Shown: positions 52,701-64,000 of the stretch, piece after piece
How the letters are laid out: each line of letters starts with the position of its first letter
How positions within the stretch are numbered: position 1 is the stretch's first letter
Assembly (NCBI GenBank): GCA_002269645.1
Contig: NIVC01003946.1
Coordinates: 1-64,000 of the forward strand
Length of the DNA: 64,000 nt
Origin: Macrostomum lignano
Taxonomy: Eukaryota
Direction of reading: 5' to 3'
Notes under the pieces: generated by a model
Seen by the model: only the letters and a program-made list of their open reading frames with translations
Database searches by the model: none
What the model was told of the DNA's origin: nothing
Program-made: the position numbers and the translations under genes

Positions 52701-55700
52701 TTAAAGATCTACTGAAAAAAATCGTACAGATACTAGAATCCCACAGAAAAACAAATTGGGATACGAAATTAAAATGAAAAAATTAAAACCAAAAAATCGT
52801 TCAAACAAGCTGGCAGAACGCTCACCATCTGTCCGACCTCGCGGCTGATGTCGCCAAACCCGGCGCCCTCGTTCTCCATCATGATGCGCTTGCGGACTTC
52901 GCTGGCGTACACGACATAGCCGCTGGGGCATTTCTTCTTCTTCTGCAATAGGGGGTGGTGAGGGAAACATGATGTAGTGGCCCAGCAACTGAGTATCTGG
53001 GAGGCTGGCCCAGCAACTGAGGATCTGGGAGGCTGGCACAGCAACTGAAGATCTGGGAGGCTGGCCCAGCAACTGAGGATCTGGGAGGCTGGATGGCCCA
53101 GCAACTGAGGATCTGGGAGGCTGGATGGCCCAGCAACTGAGGATCTGGGAGGCTGGCCCAGCAACTGAGGATCTGGGAGGCTGGCCCAGCAACTGAGGAT
53201 CTGGGAGGCTGGCTCAACGACTGAGGATCTGGAAGGCTGGCGGTGGCACAGAAATGAGGATCTGGGAGGCTGGATGGCCCAGCAACTGAGGATCTGGGAG
53301 GTTGGCTCAGTAACTGAGGATATGGGAGGCTGGTGGCCCAGCAACAGAGAATCAGAGGATCTGGGAGGCTGGCACAGAGAATCAGAGGATCTGGGAGGCT
53401 GGCACAGAGAATCAGAGGATCTGGGAGGCTGGCACAGAGAATCAGAGGATCTGGGAGGCTGGCACAGAGAATCAGAGGATCTGGGAGGCTGGCACAGAGA
53501 ATCAGAGGATCTGGGAGGCTGGCACAGAGAATCAGAGGATCTGGGAGGCTGGCACAGAGAATCAGAGGATCTGGGACTGGCACAGAGAATCAGAGGATCT
53601 GACGCTGGCACAGAGAATCAGAGGATCTGGCTGGCACAGAGAATCAGAAGGACACAGAGAATCAAAGGACACCTAAGCAAGTGTGCGTCACTCACAGACG
53701 AGGCGCCAGTCCTGTTATTCCTGCCGCCCTGCGGAGTGCCGGGAGTGGTGGGCACCTCGTCCATGGTGGTGCTGGTGGACATGCTGTCGCGGGTGTTGTC
53801 GTCGTCAAAGTTCAACGATCCGGCACCATTGCCGCCGCCGCTGCTCAAGGCTGAGGAAGCTGCGGCAGCAGATGAGGCGGTCAGCTGGTCCATATCCAGG
53901 GGAGTCTGAGACGCTTCGTACAGCAGCGGCGTGACCGATTTTCTCGGCACTATTGGCTGCTTGAAAAAGTACACCTCGTCCTCGATAGTGCCTGGCTGAT
54001 TGGTGAACTTTTTCAAACCCTTTCTCAACTTCCTGATGGCTTTGTCCTCCAGGAAGTACTTGCTCTCGCAGATGTACACGTCGTCTTCGGCATACTCGGT
54101 TGGCCGGCATGCGGAGTAGTCAGCGAGCGAGAGGATGCAGCAACGGCCGAGCACAGAGGAGAGCATGTGAGTAGAGTGCTCAACACTGCACAGAAAGTAC
54201 TCCTTGGCGTACAAGGTCATAGTGGGCAGGTGTTCAACATCTTTGGGCGGCAGGAACCAGGGACCGCTGAAGTAGACGCAGTTCTGTACCGTGTTGCGCC
54301 ACAGCTTGTCCACCTGTTGATTGATGAATGAGGGATGGAGAATGGTTTGTAAAAGGGTACTGCTGGCAGTAAAATGGGAAATATATTAATAGATAAGGAG
54401 AGAAGGTCATAAGAGACAGAGTAGATGAGGGTAAGACGGAGAGTAGATGAGGGTGAGACGGAGGTAAGAGACAGAGAGTAGATAAAGATGAAAAGGAGAT
54501 AATAGACAGATTAGATTAGGTGAGAAGGAGATATGAGACAGAGAAGATGGGGTGAGAGGGAGATGAGAGACGGAGAGTAGATAAGGGTTAGAGGGAGATA
54601 TAAGAGACGGAGAGTAGATAAGGGTTAGAGGGAGATAAGAGACGGAGAGTAGATGAGGGTGAGACGGAGATAAGAGACGGAGAGTAGATGAGGGTGAGAG
54701 AGAGATAAGAGACGGAGAGTAGATGAAGGTGAAAAGGGGATAAAGGACAGAGTAGATGAGGGTGAGAGCGAGATAAGAGACGGAGAGTAGATGAGGGTGA
54801 GAGGGAGAAAAGAGACGGAGAGTAGATGAGGGTGAGAGGGAGATAAGAGACGGAGAGTAGATGAGGGTGAGAGGGAGAAAAGAGACGGAGAATAGATGAG
54901 GGTGAGAGGGAGATAAAAGACGGAGAGACAGTGGATGAGGGTGAGAGGGAGATAAGAGACGGAGAGTAGATGAGGGTGAGAGGGAGATAAGAGACGGAGA
55001 GTAGATGAGGGTGAGAGGGAGATAAGAGACGGAGAGTAGATGAGGGTGAGAGGGAGAAAAGAGACGGAGAATAGATGAGGGTGAGAGGGAGATAAAAGAC
55101 GGAGAGACAGTGGATGAGGGTGAGAGGGAGAAAAGAGACGGAGAGTAGATGAGGGTGAGAGGGAGATAAGAGACGGAGAGTAGATGAGGGTGAGAGGGAG
55201 ATAAGAGACGGAGAGTAGATGAGGGTGAGAGGGAGAAAAGAGACGGAGAATAGATGAGGGTGAGAGGGAGATAAAAGACGGAGAGACAGTGGATGAGGGT
55301 GAGAGGGAGAAAAGAGACGGAGAGTAGATGAGGGTGAGAGGGAGTAAAAGACGGAGAGACAGTGGATGAGGGTGAGAGGGAGAAAAGAGACGGAGAGTAG
55401 ATGAGGGTGAGAGGGAGATAAGAGACGGAGAGTAGATGAGGGTGAGAGGGAGAAAAGAGACGGAGAGTAGATGAGGGTGAGAGGGAGATGAGACAAAAGC
55501 GAAGCGAGCACGAGTCTCACCCTAACGATGGTCCTGCCAGTGCCATCAACGCTGGGCACGTAGACAAAGTCACCCAGCCGAAGCCAGAGCCCGGAGTTGG
55601 GATCAGCCGCGTACTGATCGTAGGTGATCAGGCCCTCAGTCTGGGACCGATCCTCCAGCACTACATTCTCCCGTAGCGACTCAATGATTGAGGTGGCGGT

Positions 55701-56626
55701 CGGATCTTCATGCTTGGGCGCCTCGAAGACGTAGGGCACCACGGCCATGCGGTGCAGACCGATTGGGCTGGGCCGCTTGTCGTTGGTGACACCGTCGGGA
55801 CGGGGCGATGTCCAGCGCTGGATGCGAGAGAATGTGCGGGGGAATTGGGATTCCAATATACTCGTAGGTGAATTCGAAGTAAATTGATGCTTGTAATGAT
55901 TGGGACTCGGGGAGAGGGGATTGGGACTAGGGGGAGAGGGGATTGGGACTCGGGGGACAGGGGATTGGGACTCAGGGGACAGGGGATTGGGACTCGGGGG
56001 ACAGGGGATTGGTATTAGGGGGACAGGGGATTGGGACTCAGGGGACAGGGGATTGGGACTCGGGGACAGGGGATTGGGACTCGGGGGACAGGGGATTGGT
56101 ATTAGGGGGACAGGGGATTGGGACTAGGGGGACAGGGGATTAGTATTAGGGGGACAGGGGATTGGGACTCAGGGGACAGGGGATTGGGACTCGGGGACAG
56201 GGGATTGGGACTAGGGGGACAGGGGATTGGGACTCAGGGGACAGGGGATTGGGACTCAGGGGACAGGGGATTGGGACTCGGGGGACAGGGGATTGGGACT
56301 CAGGGGACAGGGACTCGGGGACAGGGGATTGGGACTCGGGGACAGGGGATTGGGACTCGGGGGCAGGTGGTTATGACTCACCGTTATCTTCTGGAAGAAG
56401 CTGTGCTGGCCGGCACAGTATTGGAACTCGCAGGCGTACACATCCTTGAAGTCGAAGCCGCGAGGCATAAAATTTTCAAAATCTTTGATGCTCATAACCA
56501 TGCACTTGCCAAGAATGCTATTGGCTGGCACTGTTGCACGCTGGTCCGTTTTGAACACCTCCTGTGGTGTAGAGATGAATATTATAATAGGGCTGGATGG
56601 TTAAAGATAAATTAGATTAGATTGGA

Positions 56627-56717
<91 letters not shown>

Positions 56718-59700
56718 TACAGACAGACAGACAGACAGACAGCACTCACATTAGGCAGGAATTTCCTATGCCTGCTGTGCACAGTCTGCTTGGGCTTCAG
56801 AAACCAGTTGACGCGAACCAGCAGGCGGCTTCCGCCACCGCCGCCCTCGCCGTTGGCGGATTCAGTCGGGCTGTTGGTCTCGCAGGCGAAGCCAACAACT
56901 TGACCAATTCGAACTTGGCCGGATTGGGACGGATCGGGGATCGGCTCCAAGGTCTGAAAAGAGATTTTAAAAGGGGAGAGGAATTTTGTGCAAGTTTGTT
57001 AAAAGCACTGGGGTGTCAGAAGGAGTATTTGGGTGTCAGAAGGAGTACTGGGATGTCAGAAGGAGTACTGGGATGTCAGAAGGAGTACTGGGGTGTCAGA
57101 AGGAACACTGGGGTGTCAGAAGGAGCACTGGGGTGTCAGGAGCACTGGGGTGTCAGAAGGAGCACTGGGGTGTCAGAAGGAGCACTGGGGTGTCAGAAGG
57201 AGTATTGGGGTGTCAGTAGGAGCACTGGGGTGTCAGAAGGAGCACTGGGGTGTCAGAAGGAACACTGGGGTGTCAGAAGGAGCACTGGGGTGACAAAGAA
57301 ATTGATTACCTGATCCTCATCCCTCACGTAGACAAAATCGCTGACAAGCACTTTAACCCCGGCAGTGGTTTCAGCCTCCTTGATGTCGGTATTCGATTGA
57401 AAGCCGTCGTCAGTATCGACGGGAGCTTCAGCCGTCGAGTCCGTGGCAGATTTAGCGGCCTCAGATTTGAGCAATTCTTCCAGCATTTTGCAGGTGAAGC
57501 CGCTAGCTGGAGACTGCAGCGAGCCCGAGCTGCCCGTGGAATATTTCGACACGCACAGCATCGAGTCGCGAGTTCGAACAAAGAATCGCTGCAATTCGCA
57601 GGCGTCTTTATAAATCTGCGACTGACGCGACGGGGCGGCGGCTCGGATCCGAGCGAATGCGTCGAACAGGTCCTCCTGGAAGCGCTGGAATCGGCGATAG
57701 CGGCCTGACTGGACTCGGTGGAAAATCTCTTCCAGAGGAATGACTGGCCGGTCGCTGCTGCCGTCAGCGCTGGCCGCGCGATGGGATTCGTCGTAGAGCT
57801 CGTCGAATGAGTCCACTAGGAGGCGGCCGTCCTCGTCCTGGAATGGGATAACTAATCTCAGGTGATTCATAGCAATATCCCATAGCGGGATAACTAATCT
57901 CAGGTGATTGATAAAAATATCCCATAGCGGGATAACTAATCCCAGGTGAGTCATATCAATATCCCATAGTGGAATAACTAATCCCATGTGATTCAAAACA
58001 AAATCCCATAATGGGATAACTAATCTCAGGTGAGTCATAACAATATCCCATAATGGGATAACTAATCCCAGGTGAGTCATAACAATATCTGATAGCGGGA
58101 TAACTAATCCCAGGTGAGTCATAACAATATCTGATAGCGGATAACTAATCCAGGTGAGTCATAACAATATCCCATAATGGGATAACTAATCCAGGTGAGT
58201 CATAACAATATCCGATAGCGATAACTAATCCCAGGTGAGTCATAACAATATCCCATAGCATGATGACTAATCCCAGGTGAGTCATAACAATATCCTATAA
58301 TGGGATAACTAATCCTCGGTGATTCATAACAATATCCCATAGCGGATAACTAATTCCAGGTAAGTCATAACAATATCCCATAATGGGATAACTAATCCCA
58401 TGTGAGTCATAACAATATCCCATAGCGGGATAACTAATTCCAGGTGAGTCATAACAATATCCCATAGCGGGATAACTAATCCCATGTGATTCAAAACAAT
58501 ATCCCATAATATGATAACTAATCCCATGTGATTCAAAACAATATCCCATAATATGATAACTAATCCCATGTGATTCAAAACAATATCCCATAATGGGATA
58601 ACTAATCCCAGGTGATTCCAGGATAAGTACTCCAAACACGAATCCCGTCAGCTCACCGCATGATTCATAGTCTGAGTCAGCAGTCCCTTCATCACATCGC
58701 GAACAGCCGCCATCACGTCGGGCACCTCGGCAGCCGCGGGGTCTTCGTCCAATCGCAGCAGCCGACGCTTCTCCATGACAACCCGCAGCAACACCAGCGC
58801 ATCCTGATAGATCTGCGATCCGGTCTCGTTGAACAGGCAGGCATTGTCGAACATGAGCTCAAAGTCTGCCAGCATATCGGCGGCCTGGGTGTACTTTCCC
58901 GAGCCCAGCTTGGACTGGATGCTGGTTAGATCTATCGGCTTCTTGATGAACTCGTAGTACTGCGGCAGCTCTTGCCGGGTGGGCAGGCGGGCGAACACCG
59001 ATGAGAGAACGCGCCCGGAGACTGGGTCACGGTAGTCTCTGACGGTGTGGAACAGGTCCTGCAGACGGCGGGGCAGCGAGCTCGAAGAGCTGACGGCCGC
59101 CTGCTGAGCTGCGCTGGTTGAAGACCTTCGATGAGAGAGATGATGGGAGATAAATTCGAATGAGCAGATGTTGAAGGTTAATGAGCACAGATGACCTTCA
59201 GTGAGAACAGATGAGCACAGATGACCTTCAATGAGCACAGATGACCTTCAGTGAGAACAGATGACCTTCAATGAGCACAGATGACCTTCAGTGAGAACAG
59301 ATGACCTTCAATGAGCACAGATGACCTTCAGTGAGAACAGATGAGCACAGATGACCTTCAGTGAGAACAGATGAGCACAGATGACCTTAAATGAGCACAG
59401 ATGACCTTCAGTGAGAACAGATGACCTTTAATGAGCACAGATGATCATCAATGAGCACAGATAAGCATAGATGAGGATAGATGACCTTCAATGAGCACAG
59501 ATGACCTTCAATGAGCAGGAATAAGGGTCAATGAGCACTGAGAGAGATGAGGGTCAGGTGAGTTAGGGCGCTTAGTCTTGTTATAATTAGCAGTAATTAG
59601 ATTGGCCGTTGAGAATCGCCAGCAATGCTTATACGGTTTATATTAAACATTTACTACTGCAAGTAAGCAATTCGAGAGTGAAAAAGAGGAGTGAATTAAA

Positions 59701-61685
59701 ACAAACACAATATTTACACGTATGATAAAAAGTATACACAATATGTAGTGAAAAAGGTTAGTAAAATTAAAGATTTTTGTTTAATTGAAGTTGTTTTCAT
59801 GCCGCAGAGAGTAATGATTTGCTAAAAAACAGTAATAAACTCACGTGATTGAGACATCCGTGGCGCTGGAATATTATTGAATTGTAAAAAATTGTTTCTC
59901 TGATAGCAATAAGGGTACCATAGTAAAATTATAATAATCAATATTTACAGGCAACAGCCACTGACTAAAAAGCTAAAATATAAGAAGACAGTTCAAGCAC
60001 TACATCAATGACATGCAACGGGGGTCGAAATTGCCAGGCGAAAGCAAAAAGAAAGTAGCGTTGGATGAGAAGCTAAGGTGCCATTTTAAGGCTGTTTAAG
60101 GGCGATTCTTCAGGCTGTTTAAGGGCGATTCTTCAGGCTGTTTAAGGGCAATTCTTCAGGCTGTTTAAGGGCGATTCTTATGGCTGTTTAAGGGCGATTC
60201 TTTGGCTGTTTAAGGGCGATTCATCAGGCTGTTTAAGGGCGATTCTTCAGGCTGTTTAAGGGCGATTCATCAGGCTGTTTAAGGGCGATTCTTCAGGCTG
60301 TTTAAGGGCGATTCTTATGGCTGTTTAAGGGCAATTCTTCGGCTGTTTAAGGGCGATTCTTATGGCTGTTTAAGGGCGATTCTTTGGGATGTTTAAGGGC
60401 GATTCTTATGGCTGTTTAAGGGCGATTCTTTGGGATGTTTAAGGGCGATTCTTATGGCTGTTTAAGGGCGATTCTTTGGGATGTTTAAGGGCGATTCTTA
60501 TGGCTGTTTAAGGGCGATTCTTTGGATGTTTAAGGGCGATTCTTATGGCTGTTTAAGGGCGATTCTTTGGGATGTTTAAGGGCGATTCTTATGGCTGTTT
60601 AAGGGCGATTCTTATGGCTGTTTAAGGGCGATTCTTATGGCTGCTTAAGGACGATTCTTCAGGCTGTTTAAGGGCGATTCTTATGGCTGCTTAAGGACGA
60701 TTCTTCAGGCTGTTTAAGGGCGATTCTTATGGCTGCTTAAGGACGATTCTTCAGGCTGTTTAAGGGCGATTCTTATGGCTGCTTAAGGACGATTCTTCAG
60801 GCTGTTTAAGGGCGATTCTTATGGCTGCTTAAGGACGATTCTTCAGGCTGTTTAAGGACGATTCTTCAGGCTGTTTAAGGGCGATTCTTTGGGCTGTTTA
60901 AGGTGGACATCATTATTGAGACAAAGAAATGACGCTGAAGCATACTGGGAGGCAAGCCTGGCCGGGGCGTCTGACTGTAAATGAAAAACAGTAGACGGCA
61001 CCAACCTTTTCTTCAGTCTGGGAGTCGAACCAGGGCCCGAACCTGCTCCGCCGGGCCCGCCGCCGCTGGCATTAACAACCGGGCCCAGATTTTTAATCTT
61101 CTTTTTCAGCAGCTTCTCCAAATAGATGGCGTCCTGATGCACCTGGGACTTCTCCTCGTTGAAGTGCTTGGCATTTGCAAACATCAGCTTCAGATCGCTG
61201 ACCAGCTGATGGTGTGTCTCATATTTTCTAGCATCAATTTTAGCTCGAATAATGGTCAGATCGATCGGTTCGGGAATCACTTCGTAGTACATTGGGTACT
61301 CATTTTTTGGCGGCAGTTTAACAAAGATTTCCCGCAACAGCCTGCCAGTGCCCTCTTCTGTTGCATTGTAGACGTGGCCATAGAGGTTGTTCAGCCGGCG
61401 CTGGAGCACCTCCTGAGGGTCCGGGGCCGCCCGTTTGCGCTTCTCACCAGTTGATGGCGGCTGCTGCTGCTGAGTTGGCGTGTGAGTCATTGAGAACTGC
61501 GGATGCTGAGGCTGCTGCTGATGGTGCAGCATCATGGAGGCCGATGCTGAGGATGAGCCCATGCTGTCTTCGTTCTGTTGAAGAAGGATTTGGTAATGAG
61601 ACACTGAGTGGGGGCATTGTAGAGAGTGCATTGCGCACAGTAGCTTCGCTTGTGGGGCCTTACTGGGCGATATGGACAGGCTGGA

Positions 61686-61768
<83 letters not shown>

Positions 61769-61794
61769 CAGACAGACAGACACAGATAAACAGA

Positions 61795-61854
<60 letters not shown>

Positions 61855-63730
61855 CAGACAGACCAGACAGACACAGATAAACAGACACAGACGGACAGAC
61901 AGACAGACAGGCAGGTATAAACAGACAGACAGACAGACACACAGACACACAGACAGACACACAGACAGACAGGTACAGAAAAATTGCAACCAAAAAGAGG
62001 ATGCCAGTGCTAAAATGCCACCCACAGTGACGTCATCATGCCATTATTAGTATTAAACAAAAACACAGACAAAAGCTCTACAAGGCATATGCAGCTGGTA
62101 CTGAGCCAAACAGAGTCCCAGGGACGCTTCTGGCAAACCGGAACACGTGCTTCAGTTAATGGATAGATAAAAAACTTATATCGACCTGTCAAGCCCCACC
62201 GCATTGCAAGACATGAATAGTTAAGCAAGAGTCTGACTCACAGCATAGCCACCAGATAGTTCACACCAATAATACACACAATAGCATGCATTGTGTAACT
62301 AATTGAAAATAATGGCGGCATTCTATATATTCAACAAGTACTTTTAACTTTAACGGCGAATCGCTATTCGACGACAAGATGGAATTTGGACAGGCAGAAA
62401 GGCCTCGAGGGCTCAAAGCCATCATGAGAAGGCTGGGTTGCTGCTGTTCCTGCTTTTGCAAAGAAGCAACGGCAACAGAGCAGGACAAAGGAGAAGTTTC
62501 TGAGTTGGTGTTGGCCTGACATTTCAAGAAAAAATGCGTAAATATAAATTATAATTAATAATGTTATAAAAGTATGCGGATCCAAAATATAGTTGACATC
62601 TGATATTACTTACAGTAAACACTAATTTTTGCGTCAAGTCATAGCGATTCTCAGGGACAGTTCAGGGTGATTCTCAGGAACAGTTCAGGGCGATTCTCAG
62701 GAACAGTTCAGGGCGATTCTCAGGAACAGTTCAGGGTGATTCTCAGGAACAGTCCAGGGCGATTCCTAGGGACAGTTCATGGTGATTCTCAGGGATAGTT
62801 CAGGGCGATTCTCAGGAACAGTTCAGGGTGATTCTCAGGGACAGTTCAGGGCGATTCCTAGGGACAGTTCATGGTGATTCTCAGGGATAGTTCAGGGCGA
62901 TTCTCAGGAACAGTTCAGGGCGATTCTCAGGGACAGTTCATGGTGATTCTCAGGGAAGGTTCAGGGTGATTCTCAGGGACAGTTCATGGTGATTTTCAGG
63001 GACAGTTCAGGGCGATTCTCAGGAACAGTTCCGGGTGATTCTCAGGGACAGTTCAGGGCGATTCCCAGGAACAGTTCATGGTGATTCTCAGGGATAGTTC
63101 AGGGCGATTCTCAGGGATAGTTCAGGGCGATTCTCAGGAACAGTTCAGGGCGATTCTCAGGATCAGTTCAGGGCAATTCTCAGAGACAGTTCAGGGTGAT
63201 TTTCAGGAATAGTTCAGGGCAATTCTCAGGGATAGTTCAGGGCGATTCTCAGGGATAGTTCAGGGCGATTCTCAGGGTTACTACAGGGCGATTCTCAGGG
63301 ACAGTTCAGGGCGATTATTTACGGCGAATTTTAGTTATTTAAAGGACAAAGACTGAACCCACCAACAACAGGTCAAGAAGCTCACATTAAACAGGCTCTG
63401 CTGCGGAAAAAGCGAATTAACCAGTTTCTGCGGCAGCAGCGGTTTCAAATCGTCGCTACCCGAACCACCCCAGCGGCGGCCTCCGCACCCGAGGAGCTGC
63501 TGGCCAATCCGCACAGCTCGTCCCGTTTGGCTCTCGCTAATTTTTGCAGCCTAGCGGCATCCTTGTGTATCTTGCTCTCCTCAATGTTGTACTGCCTGGC
63601 ATTGTTGAATACCAAGTTGAGAGCCTCAAACATGGCGTCCAAGTTCGGATAGAAGCGACGGCGAATTCGGGAGCGAACTTGCAGCAGCGACAGCGGGTTC
63701 TTGATGTCTTCGTAGTAGTCCGGGTAGAGG
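50751..63730 (-). CDS. PBRM1: Polybromo-1 (BAF180), 5'-partial; exons ~63730-63460, 61680-61006, 59125-58657, 57837-57310, 56953-56750, 56561-56382, 55817-55521, 54313-53696, 52942-52826, 52067-51529, 51011-50751
   Basis: Four bromodomains ([14 protein letters not shown]...[18 protein letters not shown]; [14 protein letters not shown]...[18 protein letters not shown]; [13 protein letters not shown]...[12 protein letters not shown]; degenerate [14 protein letters not shown]). Two BAH domains ([12 protein letters not shown]; [12 protein letters not shown]...DVYICESKY) and an HMG box ([12 protein letters not shown]...[15 protein letters not shown]). PBRM1-type tail [18 protein letters not shown]...[18 protein letters not shown] junctions from 61006 down to 51011 are phase-compatible; the 63460 donor is uncertain. 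Confidence 0.93.
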
Positions 63731-64000
63731 CTAAAGCAGGTTTAGGTGTTACTCTATAATTCTTTCTAAATATATACTCGTAGTTTAAGACTTCAAACTT
63801 TGCAGTGTTCACTAATGTACTAGACCATTGTAATGCCTATTGAGATTATACAAAAACCTAATTACATTAGACATACGCCTAATTACATTAAACATACGCC
63901 TAATTACATTAAAGATACGCCTAATTACATTAGATCTACGCCTGATTACATTAGACACACGCCTGATTACATTAGACACACGCCTGATTACATTAGACAC
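52978..64000. repeat. PBRM1 intronic tandem arrays: 52978-53665, 54400-55495, 55900-56365, (CAGA)n 56625-56740 and 61690-61975, 57005-57292, 57845-58620, 59180-59515, 60095-60900, 62650-63320, 63860-64000
   Basis: Direct reading; nearly every intron carries its own 4-42-bp unit array. Confidence 0.9.

Overview
Eukaryotic (animal) genomic DNA with GC-rich, poly-Ala/poly-Gln exons and introns packed with minisatellites. The style resembles the flatworm Macrostomum, but this is inference only. Four spliced genes can be reconstructed by hand. (1) A secreted multi-lectin gene on the - strand (7598 to ~3040; signal peptide, AbfB-like and F-type lectin domains), with a damaged inverted copy at ~1408-2240. 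(2) A HUNK-like AMPK-related kinase (10066-24298) whose four central catalytic exons lie on the OPPOSITE strand between two inverted 14-bp satellite arrays; flipping that ~2.5 kb block restores a collinear gene with every splice phase compatible. (3) A spalt/SALL zinc-finger gene (+, 37215-48296). (4) The 3' part of polybromo/PBRM1 (-, 63730-50751), convergent with spalt. Mobile DNA comprises a tRNA-derived SINE with TSD, a Ty3/Gypsy integrase + PPT + 3' LTR fragment duplicated inside a satellite, and a decayed mariner. Most long ORFs in the supplied track are translation artefacts of tandem repeats. Several single-base indels in otherwise intact exons suggest an error-prone assembly, so the kinase inversion must be confirmed with spanning reads.
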